From: the human T2T-CHM13v2.0 reference genome, Homo sapiens
Length of the DNA: 64,000 bases
Direction: 5' to 3' (one strand)
NCBI RefSeq assembly: GCF_009914755.1
Contig: NC_060939.1
Shown here: one piece after another, positions 41,820-53,983 of the stretch
Layout of the letters: every line of letters begins with the position of its first letter
Position numbering within the stretch: the first letter of the stretch is position 1
Made by a program: the position numbers and the translations under genes
The notes under the pieces: generated by a model
Database searches by the model: none
What the model saw: only the letters and a program-made list of their open reading frames with translations
Told to the model about the DNA's origin: nothing

Positions 41820-43120
41820 CAGAAAAACCAGCAAGGGGTCAAGACAATTTAAAGGAGAGAGAATAATCTTTCAGCAAATAGTGCTAAGGCAACTGGATGT
41901 CCACATGCAAAAGAATGAATTTGGATCCCTACCTCACATCATACACAAATGTTAGCTCCAAATAGATGTGTTAATCATAGACTAAAAGTAAAGAGCTAAA
42001 ACTATAAAAATTCTTAGAGGAAAATATAGAAGTAACTCTCACAGCACAGCCTTCTTAGATATGAAGCCAAAGCACAAGCAGCCAAAAAAGAAATACAATA
42101 AATTGGATGCCATGAAACTTAAAAATGTGTGTGCTTCAAAGGACATCACTAAGAAAATACTATGAGTAAAAAGACAACTCCTAGAATGGGAGAAGTTACT
42201 TTCAAATCATGCATCTGATAAGGGACTTATACTAGAATATATAAAGAACGCTTACAACTCAATAATAAAATTACAAATAACCCAGTTGAAAAAATAGGGA
42301 AATGATATTAATAGACATTTCTCAGCGAATGACTAATAAGCACATAAAAGATGTTTAACATCATTTTATCAGGGAAATACAAATCAAAACCACAATAAAG
42401 TACTATTTCATACCCACCAGGATGGCTATAATAAAAAATACAAATAATAACAAGTGTTTTTGAGAATGTGGAAAGATCAGAACCCTCATCCATTGCTGAT
42501 GTGAATGTAAAATGGTGCTATTCTTTAGAAAAGTAATCTGGCATTTCTTTACAAGGTTAACTATAGAGTTATGGTATCACCCAGCAATTCCACACTTCAG
42601 TATATACCCAAGAGAAATTAAAATATGCGACCACACAAAAATTTGTGCATGAATGCTTATAGCAGCATCATTCATAATCGCCAAAAAGAGGGAAGAACCC
42701 AAATATCTATTGATGGATGAATGGATAAACAACGTGGTATATCCATATGATGGAATAGTATTTGGCAATAAAAAGGAATGAAGTACCAATACATGCTACA
42801 ACATGGGTGAACCCTGAAAACATTACACCAAGTGAAAGAAGCCAGTCACAAAAGACCAATATTATATTATTCCATTTATAAGAAATGTCCACAGGAAGCA
42901 AATCTGTAGAACAGAAAGTAGACTGGTAGCTGCCTAGGGCTGGAGGGAAGTAGGGAAATGAGGGGTGATAACTAATAAGTACAGAGTTTCTCTTTGGAGT
43001 GCTGGAAATATTCGAGCATTGATGGGGTGATGGTTGCACAACTCTGTGAATTACAAAAGAAAATCATTGAGTTGTAGACCATAAGTGGATGGAGTATATG
43101 GTATGTGCATGATATCTCAA
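41820..43120 (+). mobile_element. L1M (L1MB-like) 3' fragment: ORF2 end + 3'UTR, degenerate
   Basis: caactggatgtccacatgcaaaagaatgaatttggatccctacctcaca...cccagcaattccacact...atggataaacaacgtggtatatccatatgatggaata...gatggttgcacaactctgtgaat. Confidence 0.9.
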
Positions 43121-43506
43121 CTCAGGTTCCCTTGGGGTCGGTGGAGTCGGGGAGACTGTGGGGAATTGTGTGACATGCCCAGAATTCAAGTCCTTCCTCT
43201 GACTGATGTGGCATCCTATGGTTTTCCCACACCCCAGAACCTGGCCTCAGAAATGCCTCAAACTGTCCCAGCAAGAAGACCAGACTCCACCAATGTTTAG
43301 GCAGCCATCTTGAAGTGATTGGAGGCTGTCAGGGAAGGAGCAGCTCACATGTGCTGAGTGCCTACTCTGCCATGTGATTTGTGCAGGGCTGGGACTAGAG
43401 GGAGGACTTACGGGACCCCCGAGACTGAATGACTTCTTAAGTTTTTCACCCAAGATACCTTACTCTAGTTCCAGCCCTGGCTGTGTTCCATATTCCCAGC
43501 ACCTTA

Positions 43507-43830
<324 letters not shown>

Positions 43831-44435
43831 TTATGACATCCCCGTGTCCCTGTGAAGCCCATATGAATACGTTACAGTTGTGGGTTTGGAGACTCAAACA
43901 GTGCAAGTCTTGCTGGCTCCACAGCCTATTTTCTTTCCAGCCCTTTCTCCATGATGCTGATGGAGGAACCCCTGGGGAATCCCCTTGCAACCAGGGAAAG
44001 CTTGGCAAGCCTGCCAGCAGCTCCCCACCTCCCAAGAACAAGTGTTTTGGAGGTCTCTGCCTGGATGACTTTGAGTCTGTGTGGAGAGTGGGAATCCCAA
44101 GACCTAAACATCACTGGGGAGCAGAGAACCTTCTCTTGAAGAACCACATTGGCCACTAGACCCCAACAGGACCAATAACTGTGGCCAGCAAGTCAAGTGG
44201 GACCTGGTCTGGGGCTCACAACCCTCATTCTCAAATGCTCATTTCATTTGCCAAACATGCTGAGTACCTGCTAAGTGCCAGGCCCTGGGTATGCAACTGC
44301 AGACACAACATTCCCGTGGGAGAGACAGAAACACAAAAAAGTGACCGGGAAATATTAACCCATGAACAATCCAGTGATGAAAATAAAACAGCCATGGACA
44401 GAGGGGGATGAGGGCTGGCATGAAGGCAAGCTTAG

Positions 44436-45040
<605 letters not shown>

Positions 45041-45399
45041 TTCTTTTCCTAATACCTCTGCTCAGGCCTGGGAGGCTTCTCTGTCTGGTTGGAGCAAAGA
45101 AGGCTGGTCCAGGGTTCCCTCCTTAGTGTCTGCCAGCCTAACTTGCATCCCCAGGTGCAAGAGAGCCTCAGGAGGGCAGAGCCCGGCCCCAAGACCTTCA
45201 AACCATTCCCAAGGCCTCCTGGCTCTCCCTCTCCCCAGAAGCTTAAGCGTCCTAACCTAAGTAGGGCCACCAAGCTCTACCCATCTTCAGGACTCTAGAA
45301 GAGAGGTGTTCATGAGCCCCTGGACTCTGGATCAATCCTTCACTCGCCTTCACTCCTGCAAAGTGGGGGTCCATGTGCCCATCCTACAGATGCAGATAT

Positions 45400-48300
45400 G
45401 CAGGCCCAGGCAAAGTCCATGGCCCTTCCTGGAGTCAGCAGCGGAACCGGGTCTGGGCCCACCAGGACCGCAATTGTTCTCCCTCCTTTTGATGTTCCCG
45501 AGAACAGGGAGTCCCCTGCCGTGAGGAGCGCTGGTCTTACCTATGATCCCAAAGAGCCTGGTCCAGGCAGCGGAAACCCAGAGGGTACGGCCTCCCGCCA
45601 AATCCGGACCCTCTCCAGCCTCAGTCTCTGGTCCGCAACAGGAGTGAGGTGGGCCCGGAGCTCTGAGCACCTTCTCACCGGCTCCAAGGCCCCCGCCTTC
45701 TCCTCACTTTTGGTCTCGGGTTGGGGCCCGGCAGGCCCCGCCCAGCCTCCTTCACTTCCTTGGGCCAGGGCCGCCGCCGCGCCGGGCTCTGCCCTATGTG
45801 GCCGTTGGATTAATATCCAGATATTAAGTAAACACTAAATTAGCAAAACTACAAGAAAATTTTACAGCCCTTTGCATTTGGCAATCATTGAGTGTTAATT
45901 AGAAATTCATTACAATTAAAACCCTGCCTAAACAGGGCCTGCGCGCCTTAATTACATCTGATTTTTAATTCAGAATACGTGTTTACACAGTAAGCGCTAC
46001 GTACCCCGTGATTATCCCCAATCCTCTTTATACTGTACTAATTATGTAAATTAAACCTAATTAACTGACGAAAACTGCCGTTAATTCAACTAGTAAAAGA
46101 TATGTGCTTGCGGAGGAGGCGCGTCCGCGCAGCCTCAGCCCAAGCCGGAGCCCAAATGGACGCCAAACCCGGGGCACGGAGGCAGCGCGGGCTCGGCCAG
46201 TGGGAGGAGAAGCGCGCAAGGCGCAGCTCGCATCCAGAGTCCGGCTTTCCGACCCCTGGTGCCACCGGGAAGCGGATAAAAGAGAGAGAATCTTCAATAA
46301 TGGGGGTCAGGAAGGCCAAGGGCAGCGACGCCTGCCCGCTCTGGACAGGGCCTCAGGACCCAGAGCCCCCACTGAGGAAGAGGAGTCCCGCCCATCCCTT
46401 CGGAGCCTGGGTTGCGGTCCCAGCTCTGCCACTCACTGCCTGCCTGAACCTGAGCAAGTGCCCTGGCTGTGCCAGGCCTTCCTCCTCTACATCGTCTAAT
46501 GAGGGCGATACTGAAACGCAGCGCTGCGCCCTCCTTACCGTCCCTTCTTCAAGCTAGGCTCTCTCTGCAGCGTGCCAAGCACCACTTTTTGAGTCTAGGA
46601 GATCAGCTTGCGTCCCTTGTGGGCTGAGGGCCTTGGCTAGGGAGAAGGGCAGGGGTTGGCTTCCACTGCCGGATCCTCAGTTTCCTGCCTGTAAAATGGG
46701 AATAAGTGGTTCCTATCTATTCCCAGGGCCCTTGTTGAGAATCGGCTCTGCAATCGGTAAAGTGCGGTCCGCGGTGATATTAACCCGCCGGACGCCGGCC
46801 CATAGTAGAGCCCCAGCTCCTACCCCCACGACCTGCTCCCCGGTGCCCAGCCCTGAGCAGCGGGGCTTCCCCAGCCTCTGTCCACGCGCCTTTCTCCAGC
46901 TCAGACCAGGGACAGGAGCTGGGTGGGTCTCCTGGCACTGGCCAGAGCGCGGGGAGCTGTCCGTAGCTTGGTGCTGAACGGGGACGCAGAGTCGACGCTG
47001 CACACCCCCTGGTGCGGGGCGGTACCCTTTGTCTAAGAGGTCCTGGGGGCCCCCCGCGGCCGGGCTGCTGGAAACGGAGGCGTCTTTGGCCCTCGCTGTA
47101 CAACAGAGGCAGGACAGGCAGGTCCTGCTCAGGGGGACCCAGCCCATCCTCTCTTTCCTCCCACCCCCCGGCACCCTGGGGGCGTCCTGGCTCCAGGATC
47201 GTTGTCACCACCAGGCCGAATTCTGAGATGCCTTTTAAAAAATCATTAGGAGGCTAAGAATAATTACCGAACGAGATTGTAATTATGGGGTGGGGGAGCC
47301 TGGGCCGAGGGAGAGGGAATGAGCTGGCGGGGACTTGGGGGCAGCTCTCGGACTGGGAAGGAAAATAGGTTCCTGTGTTCTCCCCGGGGAAGGTGTGGGA
47401 GGAAAGACAGCGGGATAGTTGGAGCGGGACAGAGGCACAGCCTGGGAAAGACACCCGAATGGAGGGGCCAGAGGCAGAAAGAAAGGGGCCGAGCGGGTTC
47501 CAGGACTCCCCTGGGAGAAAAGGGAAAGGCAGGGAGATCCGAGACAGAAAGACCGGAACCGAGGAGGGGGAAGAGGGCAAGAACGCGATCTAAAAGAGAC
47601 CCTCAGAGGAGACAGAGCCCACAAACTTGGGAGAGGTTTTCGGGGCCTAGGAGAACGGTAACCTACGTCAGCCAGGGTAGCCGGGAAGAAGGCAAAGGAG
47701 TCTGTGGGCTGGGCCTGCCCTCTCCTCAGTCCCTTCACCAGGCCTGAGCTATCGGTTCGCGCTTCCAGAGTCCCTTCCCAGGGTCTCTGCGAGCCAGGAG
47801 GGAAAGGAAGAGAGGGGAGAAGTGGAGGAAAAGGGGAGACACGCCCCAGAGGAGTTGGAACGCAGGAGGGAAAGGGGACCATACCCGGTAGCCCGAGGGA
47901 AAAACGAGGCGAGAGGGGAGAAGGCGACCCCGCGCTGCTACCCGCGGAAGATTTATGGCGCCTCCCGGGTTCCAAGGACAGGCTGCGTTCGTCGCTGCTG
48001 CCACCGCCGGTAGTCGCCGTGGCCGCTGCGCCCCCTGCCCAGGCGGCCCGTCGCGCCCCAGGCCATCCCTGCCATTATTAACTTCTGTTTGATTAGGGTA
48101 ATTGTTCAAACTTGGGCCGGACAGTATGATTAATTACAGTTTAATTAACGTGTCCATTAAGGACACTTAATGCCAGGGGGGCAGGGAGGGAGGTGGTGGA
48201 AGCGGCCAACGGGGCGCCTGGGTGCGGGCTAAGAGGGGCGGGGTGCGACTAGTAACTCAAACGAAGAAGTAGAGACAGATTGAGAGAGGAAGAGAAGGGG

Positions 48301-50050
48301 ACCCAGTGGGGCGTTAGGGGAAAGAATGGTGAAGACGGAGAGACCGACTGAGACAGGAAAGGGATGGAGAGAAACGGAGCTTTGAGGAGAGAGAGGAGGT
48401 ACCCAGGGGCGTCTGTAGCATCAGAGGACTGGACCTCCCCCTTGGGGAAACTGGCTTAGCAGCGTTGAGAGCGTAGTTAACCTCAGATCACTCCCAACGA
48501 TGACTTGGCTCCTGCCCTGGGCCTGTTGGTGATGGCGAAGGGAGGCATTCAAGGCCGAGGGCTCCCCAAACCTAGTTCCCAAGTCCCCTGCCCAGGGACG
48601 GAAACAGGAGAACGCCCCTCCTCAGGTTAGAGCTCTCTCTTGATACCTCCCACCGAAGTCAGGAGCATGGGAGAGGCAGATCTGCTCCTTCCCGGGTGCC
48701 ATCCTCGCTGCCCTGCACCCAGGTCCCTGTCCCGGTCTCTGGTGACCCTACTGGTTCCCGAGGGCCACTCTAGGCTCCACCACCCTGGCCCTCGCCTGCG
48801 GCCGGAAAGTGAAGTACTCCTCCCTGCGCCCGTTCCTCTTGAGTCCCCCTTAGCCCCATCACCCGGTTTTGGCCCAGACCAAAACTGGCTCCTTGGCCGG
48901 GAGCACTGGGCCCTCCCCACTTCGTTCTTGGGGACAAACTTTATGGCCCCAGGGCCTTTCCTCCCTCCTGGCCTCTCCAGCTAGAGCGGGACGCAGGTGC
49001 AGGGTGCTGGACGCAGGTGTGCGGCCGCTTACCTGGGGCGTGCAGGCCTTGGGCTGCGGGGAGGCGGCGGGCGCCGCGCGTGGCCCGCGGGCGGGCGGAC
49101 CCGGGGAGGGCGCTAGCGACTGCGCGGGCGGTGGGTGTGGCGCCCCGGCTCTCAGCTGTCAGGCGCGCCTGCCCCGCCACTCGGGCTGTGACCGCGCCGT
49201 CCCCGCCGCCGCGCCATGCGCTCCAGGCTTCGGCCTCTTCTTCCGGCCAGTCCCCGGCCTCGGGGTCAACGGCTCAGGGTTCGCATCTCCGCGCCCGGGG
49301 CCCCGGCGCCCCGTGCCCGCTGAGAGCGGGAGGGGCCGCGGGTGGGAGCGCGGAGAACCAGGGAGCACGGCTGTGCGCGCGCGCGGGGAGGGGCCGCGCC
49401 GTCACCCGGAGAGCCCGGCGGATCCCGGACTCCCGCCCGCCGCTCCTCCCGCCGCGCACCTCCGCTCACCGCTCGCCCGGCTCCAGCCGCCGCCGCACTG
49501 TGAGTACCCACGTCCGGTAGCCCGCCGCCCCCGCGCTCTGCTCCTGCAGCTTTTTTTTCGTTTAGTTCTGATTTGGGCTCCTGTGGCTGTTGTTTTTATG
49601 ATTATACCTAAAGACACCACCGCCTCGCTCCCACCACTGCCAGTCTCCCGCTTCGCTGCCCTCCCCAAGCTCGTCCATCTAGCTCCGGGAGCCGACGGGG
49701 GTTCCTCAAGCTGCTCTGGCTGCTGCTCCTTGTCGCTGCATATGGCTCTTCGCCTGTGCTTTCCGCTTTGGCCCCCGAAATTCCGTTCCTTTCCTAGGGA
49801 CCCCCTTCTTCTGACTCCGGGCCCGGACCCCCCTCCTCTCACTCAGGGAAAACCGCGCAGGGACCCAGGACCCTCAACTGGGGTACGCTCTCGGCTCGGG
49901 CGCTGTCTTCACTGTATGCGGGCCAGGCATAGTTGCCGATTTCGAGAAACCGAGAAGCTGTCATTTCCCAGCGCTGCGCGCCCTCCAGCCACCTCCAGGA
50001 GGGCGCGAGGCTTGTCAGCCGGGGAGTTAGGACAGTGTTTTTGCCTCCTA
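45400..50050. promoter_or_regulatory. CpG-rich upstream regulatory/promoter domain of SKOR1 (several islands)
   Basis: Sharp rise in GC and CpG (densest ~47900-48070 and 48980-49550), loss of Alus, interleaved AT-rich TAAT clusters. Confidence 0.8.
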
Positions 50051-51441
50051 CAATGATATAAAGGACTTCAACGCGAAATAAGGGTCAACTTATTTTAGTT
50101 CGATCCTCGGAGATAAAGATGAAACAGACAGATAATACATAAATAGCTTGATACTTGAAGAAGGTACAAAACAGATGAGAGAAAGAGGAACGAGCCGGCA
50201 GAGACAGCTCAGGGACAGATAAGATCGACAAATGAGGGTCTCCTAGACAAATAGAGAAGAAGGGAGAGAGACAGATAAACAGAAGATTCCAGTCTCCTTG
50301 CTGAAGGCTTTTGAACTGGGATCCCCTGTCTGGAGCTGCCCCTCTGAAAACGGAGTTACATTCAGGGCCGACTGCAGGGGAGGAGCCCTCAGGGTTGGGC
50401 TGCCCTGGCCGCAGGAGCGCCTGCAGCCTTGGGCCGGATGGGAGCCTGGCTTGTCTGAGGACATGTGGCTGGGTCAGGCGACCTAGAGGGCCCCAAACAT
50501 CAGTCCCCAAGTACCCCCGCTGCTGAGGTCTGCCTGCACAGCTCCCTCCCTGCCTCAGCCAGAAAGCAAAGTGCAAGGACCAGCAGCAACTTGTGTGCCT
50601 GGAGCCTTGCAATGGCTACGAAGATGGCTGAGATTCCTTCTAGCCCATATGAGCCGGGACAGCGAGGCATGAAGGATACTCAGAGAGGTGATGCCCCTCA
50701 AAGAGGAAGCCCAGAGCCCCGAATCCTGCAGTTGGCCCGAGTGGGAAACGTATATCTGAAGGAGGAAAGCTCAAGGAGTGGGCGACTGGAAGCTAAGAAG
50801 TGGATCCCAACAAAGTTCCTTGAGAACCTCTCTGTCCCACACGTTGACCTCGGTGGAAACCAGCTTTGGTCTGGAATACAGCTAAAAATGCAGAAAATGT
50901 GGTTAGAACTGCAGGATCCTGGTCTCACTAATAGCTGGAAAGAAAACGGTTTATATATCCAGCCGAAATCTTTCTGCTCAACGAACGCGGGCGCCAGCCG
51001 TGAGAGGAGAAGCTCGGGTTTGTGGAAACTGGCAATGTTGTCCCCTGAAGCCGGCTCGGGCACCAAGCTGGGTGCGGTGGGGGCCGCGCTAGGTCCGGGT
51101 GCGCACCGAGCGCTTTGGAGAGGGTCAGGTTCAGCACCGCGAACAGCGGTAGCCTCCGCCTCTCTCCTTCCCTGGCAGACACGGTTCCCTCCTCCTTCTC
51201 CTCACCCCCCTCCTTCTCTTCACCCCCCTCTACCCCCTGCTGTCTGGAGATGGGCAGTGACCGCCCCTCCCCCCTCCCCACCCCTCCTTGCACTGCCCCC
51301 GCCCGCCCGCGTGCATGCGCGACTGAGCAGAGGGGCGGCCGATCCCCGAAGTCCGGGCTTCAGGACCCGGGCCGGCAGCACCGGCTGCGAGGGTTGCCGA
51401 AGGCGCACGGATCTGGGCGCTGAAAAAGCCAGGATTTGGCA

Positions 51442-51548
51442 ATGGCTTTGCTGTGTGGCCTTGGGCAAGTCACTCTGCGTATCTGGGTTTCACTTCCTTC
51501 CCAATCCGAAAACGGGATTGGGTTCCTTGCAGCCCGGGCATTCCTGAG
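51442..51548 (+). CDS. SKOR1: SKOR1 coding exon 1 (long isoform): MALLCGLGQVTLRIWVSLPSQSENGIGFLAARAFL(R)
   Basis: ATG in gcaATGG; donor AG|gtctcc (weak); phase 2 joins 51775 in frame (R-S-G-G-M); matches the 965-aa isoform N-terminus as I recall it. Confidence 0.8.
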
Positions 51549-51774
51549 GTCTCCTTTACCCCTTCTCCTCCCCCAAGCCCCGGGGGCTGTTGTTAACGGC
51601 GCCAACATGGGTCTGAGTAACAAAAGACGCCTGTCCAGGGGGTGAATGAGTTTGGACTCCCCACTGCCAAGTATCCCCCGCGCGCCCAACTCGGAGCGCC
51701 CTGCTGGGCGGGCCCGAGCCTCGGCGGCGGCGCTGAAAATGGCTCATCTGCTCTCTGCTTTCTCTATTTCGCAG

Positions 51775-53983
51775 GAGCGGCGGCATGGAGGCTCTCACCA
51801 CTCAGCTGGGGCCGGGGCGCGAGGGCAGTTCCTCGCCCAACTCCAAGCAGGAGCTGCAGCCGTACTCGGGCTCCAGCGCTCTCAAACCCAACCAGGTGGG
51901 CGAGACGTCGCTGTACGGGGTGCCCATTGTGTCGCTGGTCATCGACGGCCAGGAGCGCCTATGCCTGGCGCAGATCTCCAACACCCTCCTCAAGAACTAC
52001 AGCTATAATGAGATCCACAACCGCCGCGTGGCCCTGGGCATCACGTGCGTGCAGTGCACGCCGGTACAGCTGGAGATTCTGCGTCGGGCCGGGGCCATGC
52101 CCATCTCGTCGCGCCGCTGCGGCATGATCACTAAGCGAGAGGCCGAACGCCTGTGCAAGTCGTTCCTGGGCGAGCACAAACCACCCAAGCTGCCCGAGAA
52201 CTTCGCCTTCGATGTGGTGCACGAGTGCGCGTGGGGCTCGCGTGGTAGCTTCATCCCTGCGCGTTACAACAGCTCTCGTGCCAAGTGCATCAAGTGCGGC
52301 TACTGCAGCATGTACTTCTCGCCCAACAAGTTCATCTTCCACTCGCACCGAACACCCGACGCCAAGTACACGCAGCCCGATGCCGCCAACTTCAACTCCT
52401 GGCGTCGTCACCTCAAACTCAGTGACAAGTCGGCCACAGACGAACTGAGCCATGCTTGGGAGGACGTCAAGGCCATGTTTAATGGCGGCACGCGCAAGCG
52501 GACCTTCTCCCTACAAGGAGGCGGCGGAGGCGGTGCCAATGGCGGGTCGGGTGGGCAGGGGAAGGGTGGTGCTGGCGGCGGTGGCGGCGGTGGCCCAGGG
52601 TGCGGTGCAGAGATGGCCCCAGGCCCGCCGCCCCACAAAAGCCTGCGCTGTGGCGAAGATGAGGCTGCCGGGCCTCCGGGGCCACCTCCACCCCACCCGC
52701 AGCGCGGACTTGGCCTGGCGACTGGAGCTAGTGGCCCGGCGGGCCCAGGAGGGCCCGGTGGCGGCGCCGGCGTACGAAGCTACCCGGTGATCCCGGTGCC
52801 CAGCAAAGGCTTTGGGCTCCTGCAAAAGCTGCCCCCACCACTTTTCCCCCATCCTTACGGCTTCCCTACGGCCTTCGGCCTATGCCCCAAAAAGGACGAC
52901 CCGGTTTTAGGCGCGGGCGAGCCAAAGGGCGGTCCTGGCACTGGGAGCGGCGGCGGCGGCGCGGGGACAGGCGGGGGTGCGGGGGGCCCGGGAGCCAGCC
53001 ACTTGCCCCCGGGGGCAGGGGCGGGCCCGGGCGGCGGCGCCATGTTCTGGGGGCATCAACCCTCCGGGGCAGCCAAGGACGCAGCGGCAGTGGCTGCAGC
53101 GGCCGCCGCCGCCACTGTGTACCCGACGTTTCCCATGTTCTGGCCAGCAGCAGGCAGCCTCCCGGTACCGTCCTACCCCGCTGCTCAGAGCCAAGCCAAG
53201 GCCGTGGCGGCAGCCGTGGCGGCGGCAGCGGCGGCGGCAGCAGCAGCTGCTGGCAGCGGTGCCCCAGAGCCCCTGGACGGTGCCGAGCCAGCCAAAGAGA
53301 GTGGCCTCGGCGCGGAGGAGCGCTGCCCGAGCGCTCTGTCCCGCGGGCCCCTGGACGAAGACGGCACGGACGAGGCGCTGCCACCGCCCCTGGCCCCGTT
53401 GCCCCCGCCGCCCCCGCCGCCCGCACGCAAAGGCTCCTACGTGTCGGCCTTCCGGCCGGTGGTCAAGGACACCGAGAGCATCGCTAAGCTCTACGGGAGC
53501 GCCCGGGAGGCGTATGGCGCGGGGCCTGCTCGGGGGCCGGGACCCGGCGCTGGGAGCGGCGGCTACGTGAGCCCGGACTTTCTGAGCGAGGGCAGCTCCA
53601 GCTACAATTCCGCCTCGCCCGACGTGGACACCGCGGACGAGCCCGAGGTGGACGTGGAATCCAACCGCTTCCCCGACGACGAGGACGCCCAAGAGGAGAC
53701 CGAGCCCAGCGCACCCAGCGCAGGGGGCGGCCCAGACGGTGAACAGCCCACTGGACCCCCTTCCGCCACCTCCTCTGGCGCGGACGGTCCCGCAAACTCT
53801 CCCGACGGCGGCAGCCCCCGCCCCCGGCGCCGCCTCGGGCCACCCCCAGCTGGCCGGCCCGCATTTGGGGACTTGGCAGCCGAAGACTTGGTGCGGAGAC
53901 CTGAGAGGAGCCCGCCAAGCGGCGGCGGCGGCTACGAGCTGCGAGAGCCTTGCGGGCCCCTAGGAGGCCCCGCGCCGGCCAAG
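51775..53983 (+). CDS. SKOR1: SKOR1 coding exon 2: Ski/Sno (Dachshund-homology) domain, SAND-like SMAD-binding domain, Gly/Ala/Pro-rich region
   Basis: Acceptor tttcgcag|G; ORF 51785+ contains GETSLYGVPIVSLVIDGQERLCLAQISNTLL...MITKREAERLC and VHECAWGSRGSFIPARY...CIKCGYC...FIFHSH; donor AAG|gtgagc. Confidence 0.98.

Noticed and set aside
41662-43039. ORFs resembling L1 ORF2 fragments
   Set aside because: Old, truncated, stop-ridden L1M; not an active element or a gene.
46995-47020. CTCF-like motifs (here, and at ~13028 and ~20821)
   Set aside because: Three or more mismatches to the core consensus by eye; unsupported without a PWM scan or ChIP data.
48869-50056. 395-aa ORF in the upstream CpG island
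   Set aside because: Non-ATG start, Arg/Pro/Gly/Ala low-complexity composition and no domain; expected from stop-codon scarcity in GC-rich DNA.
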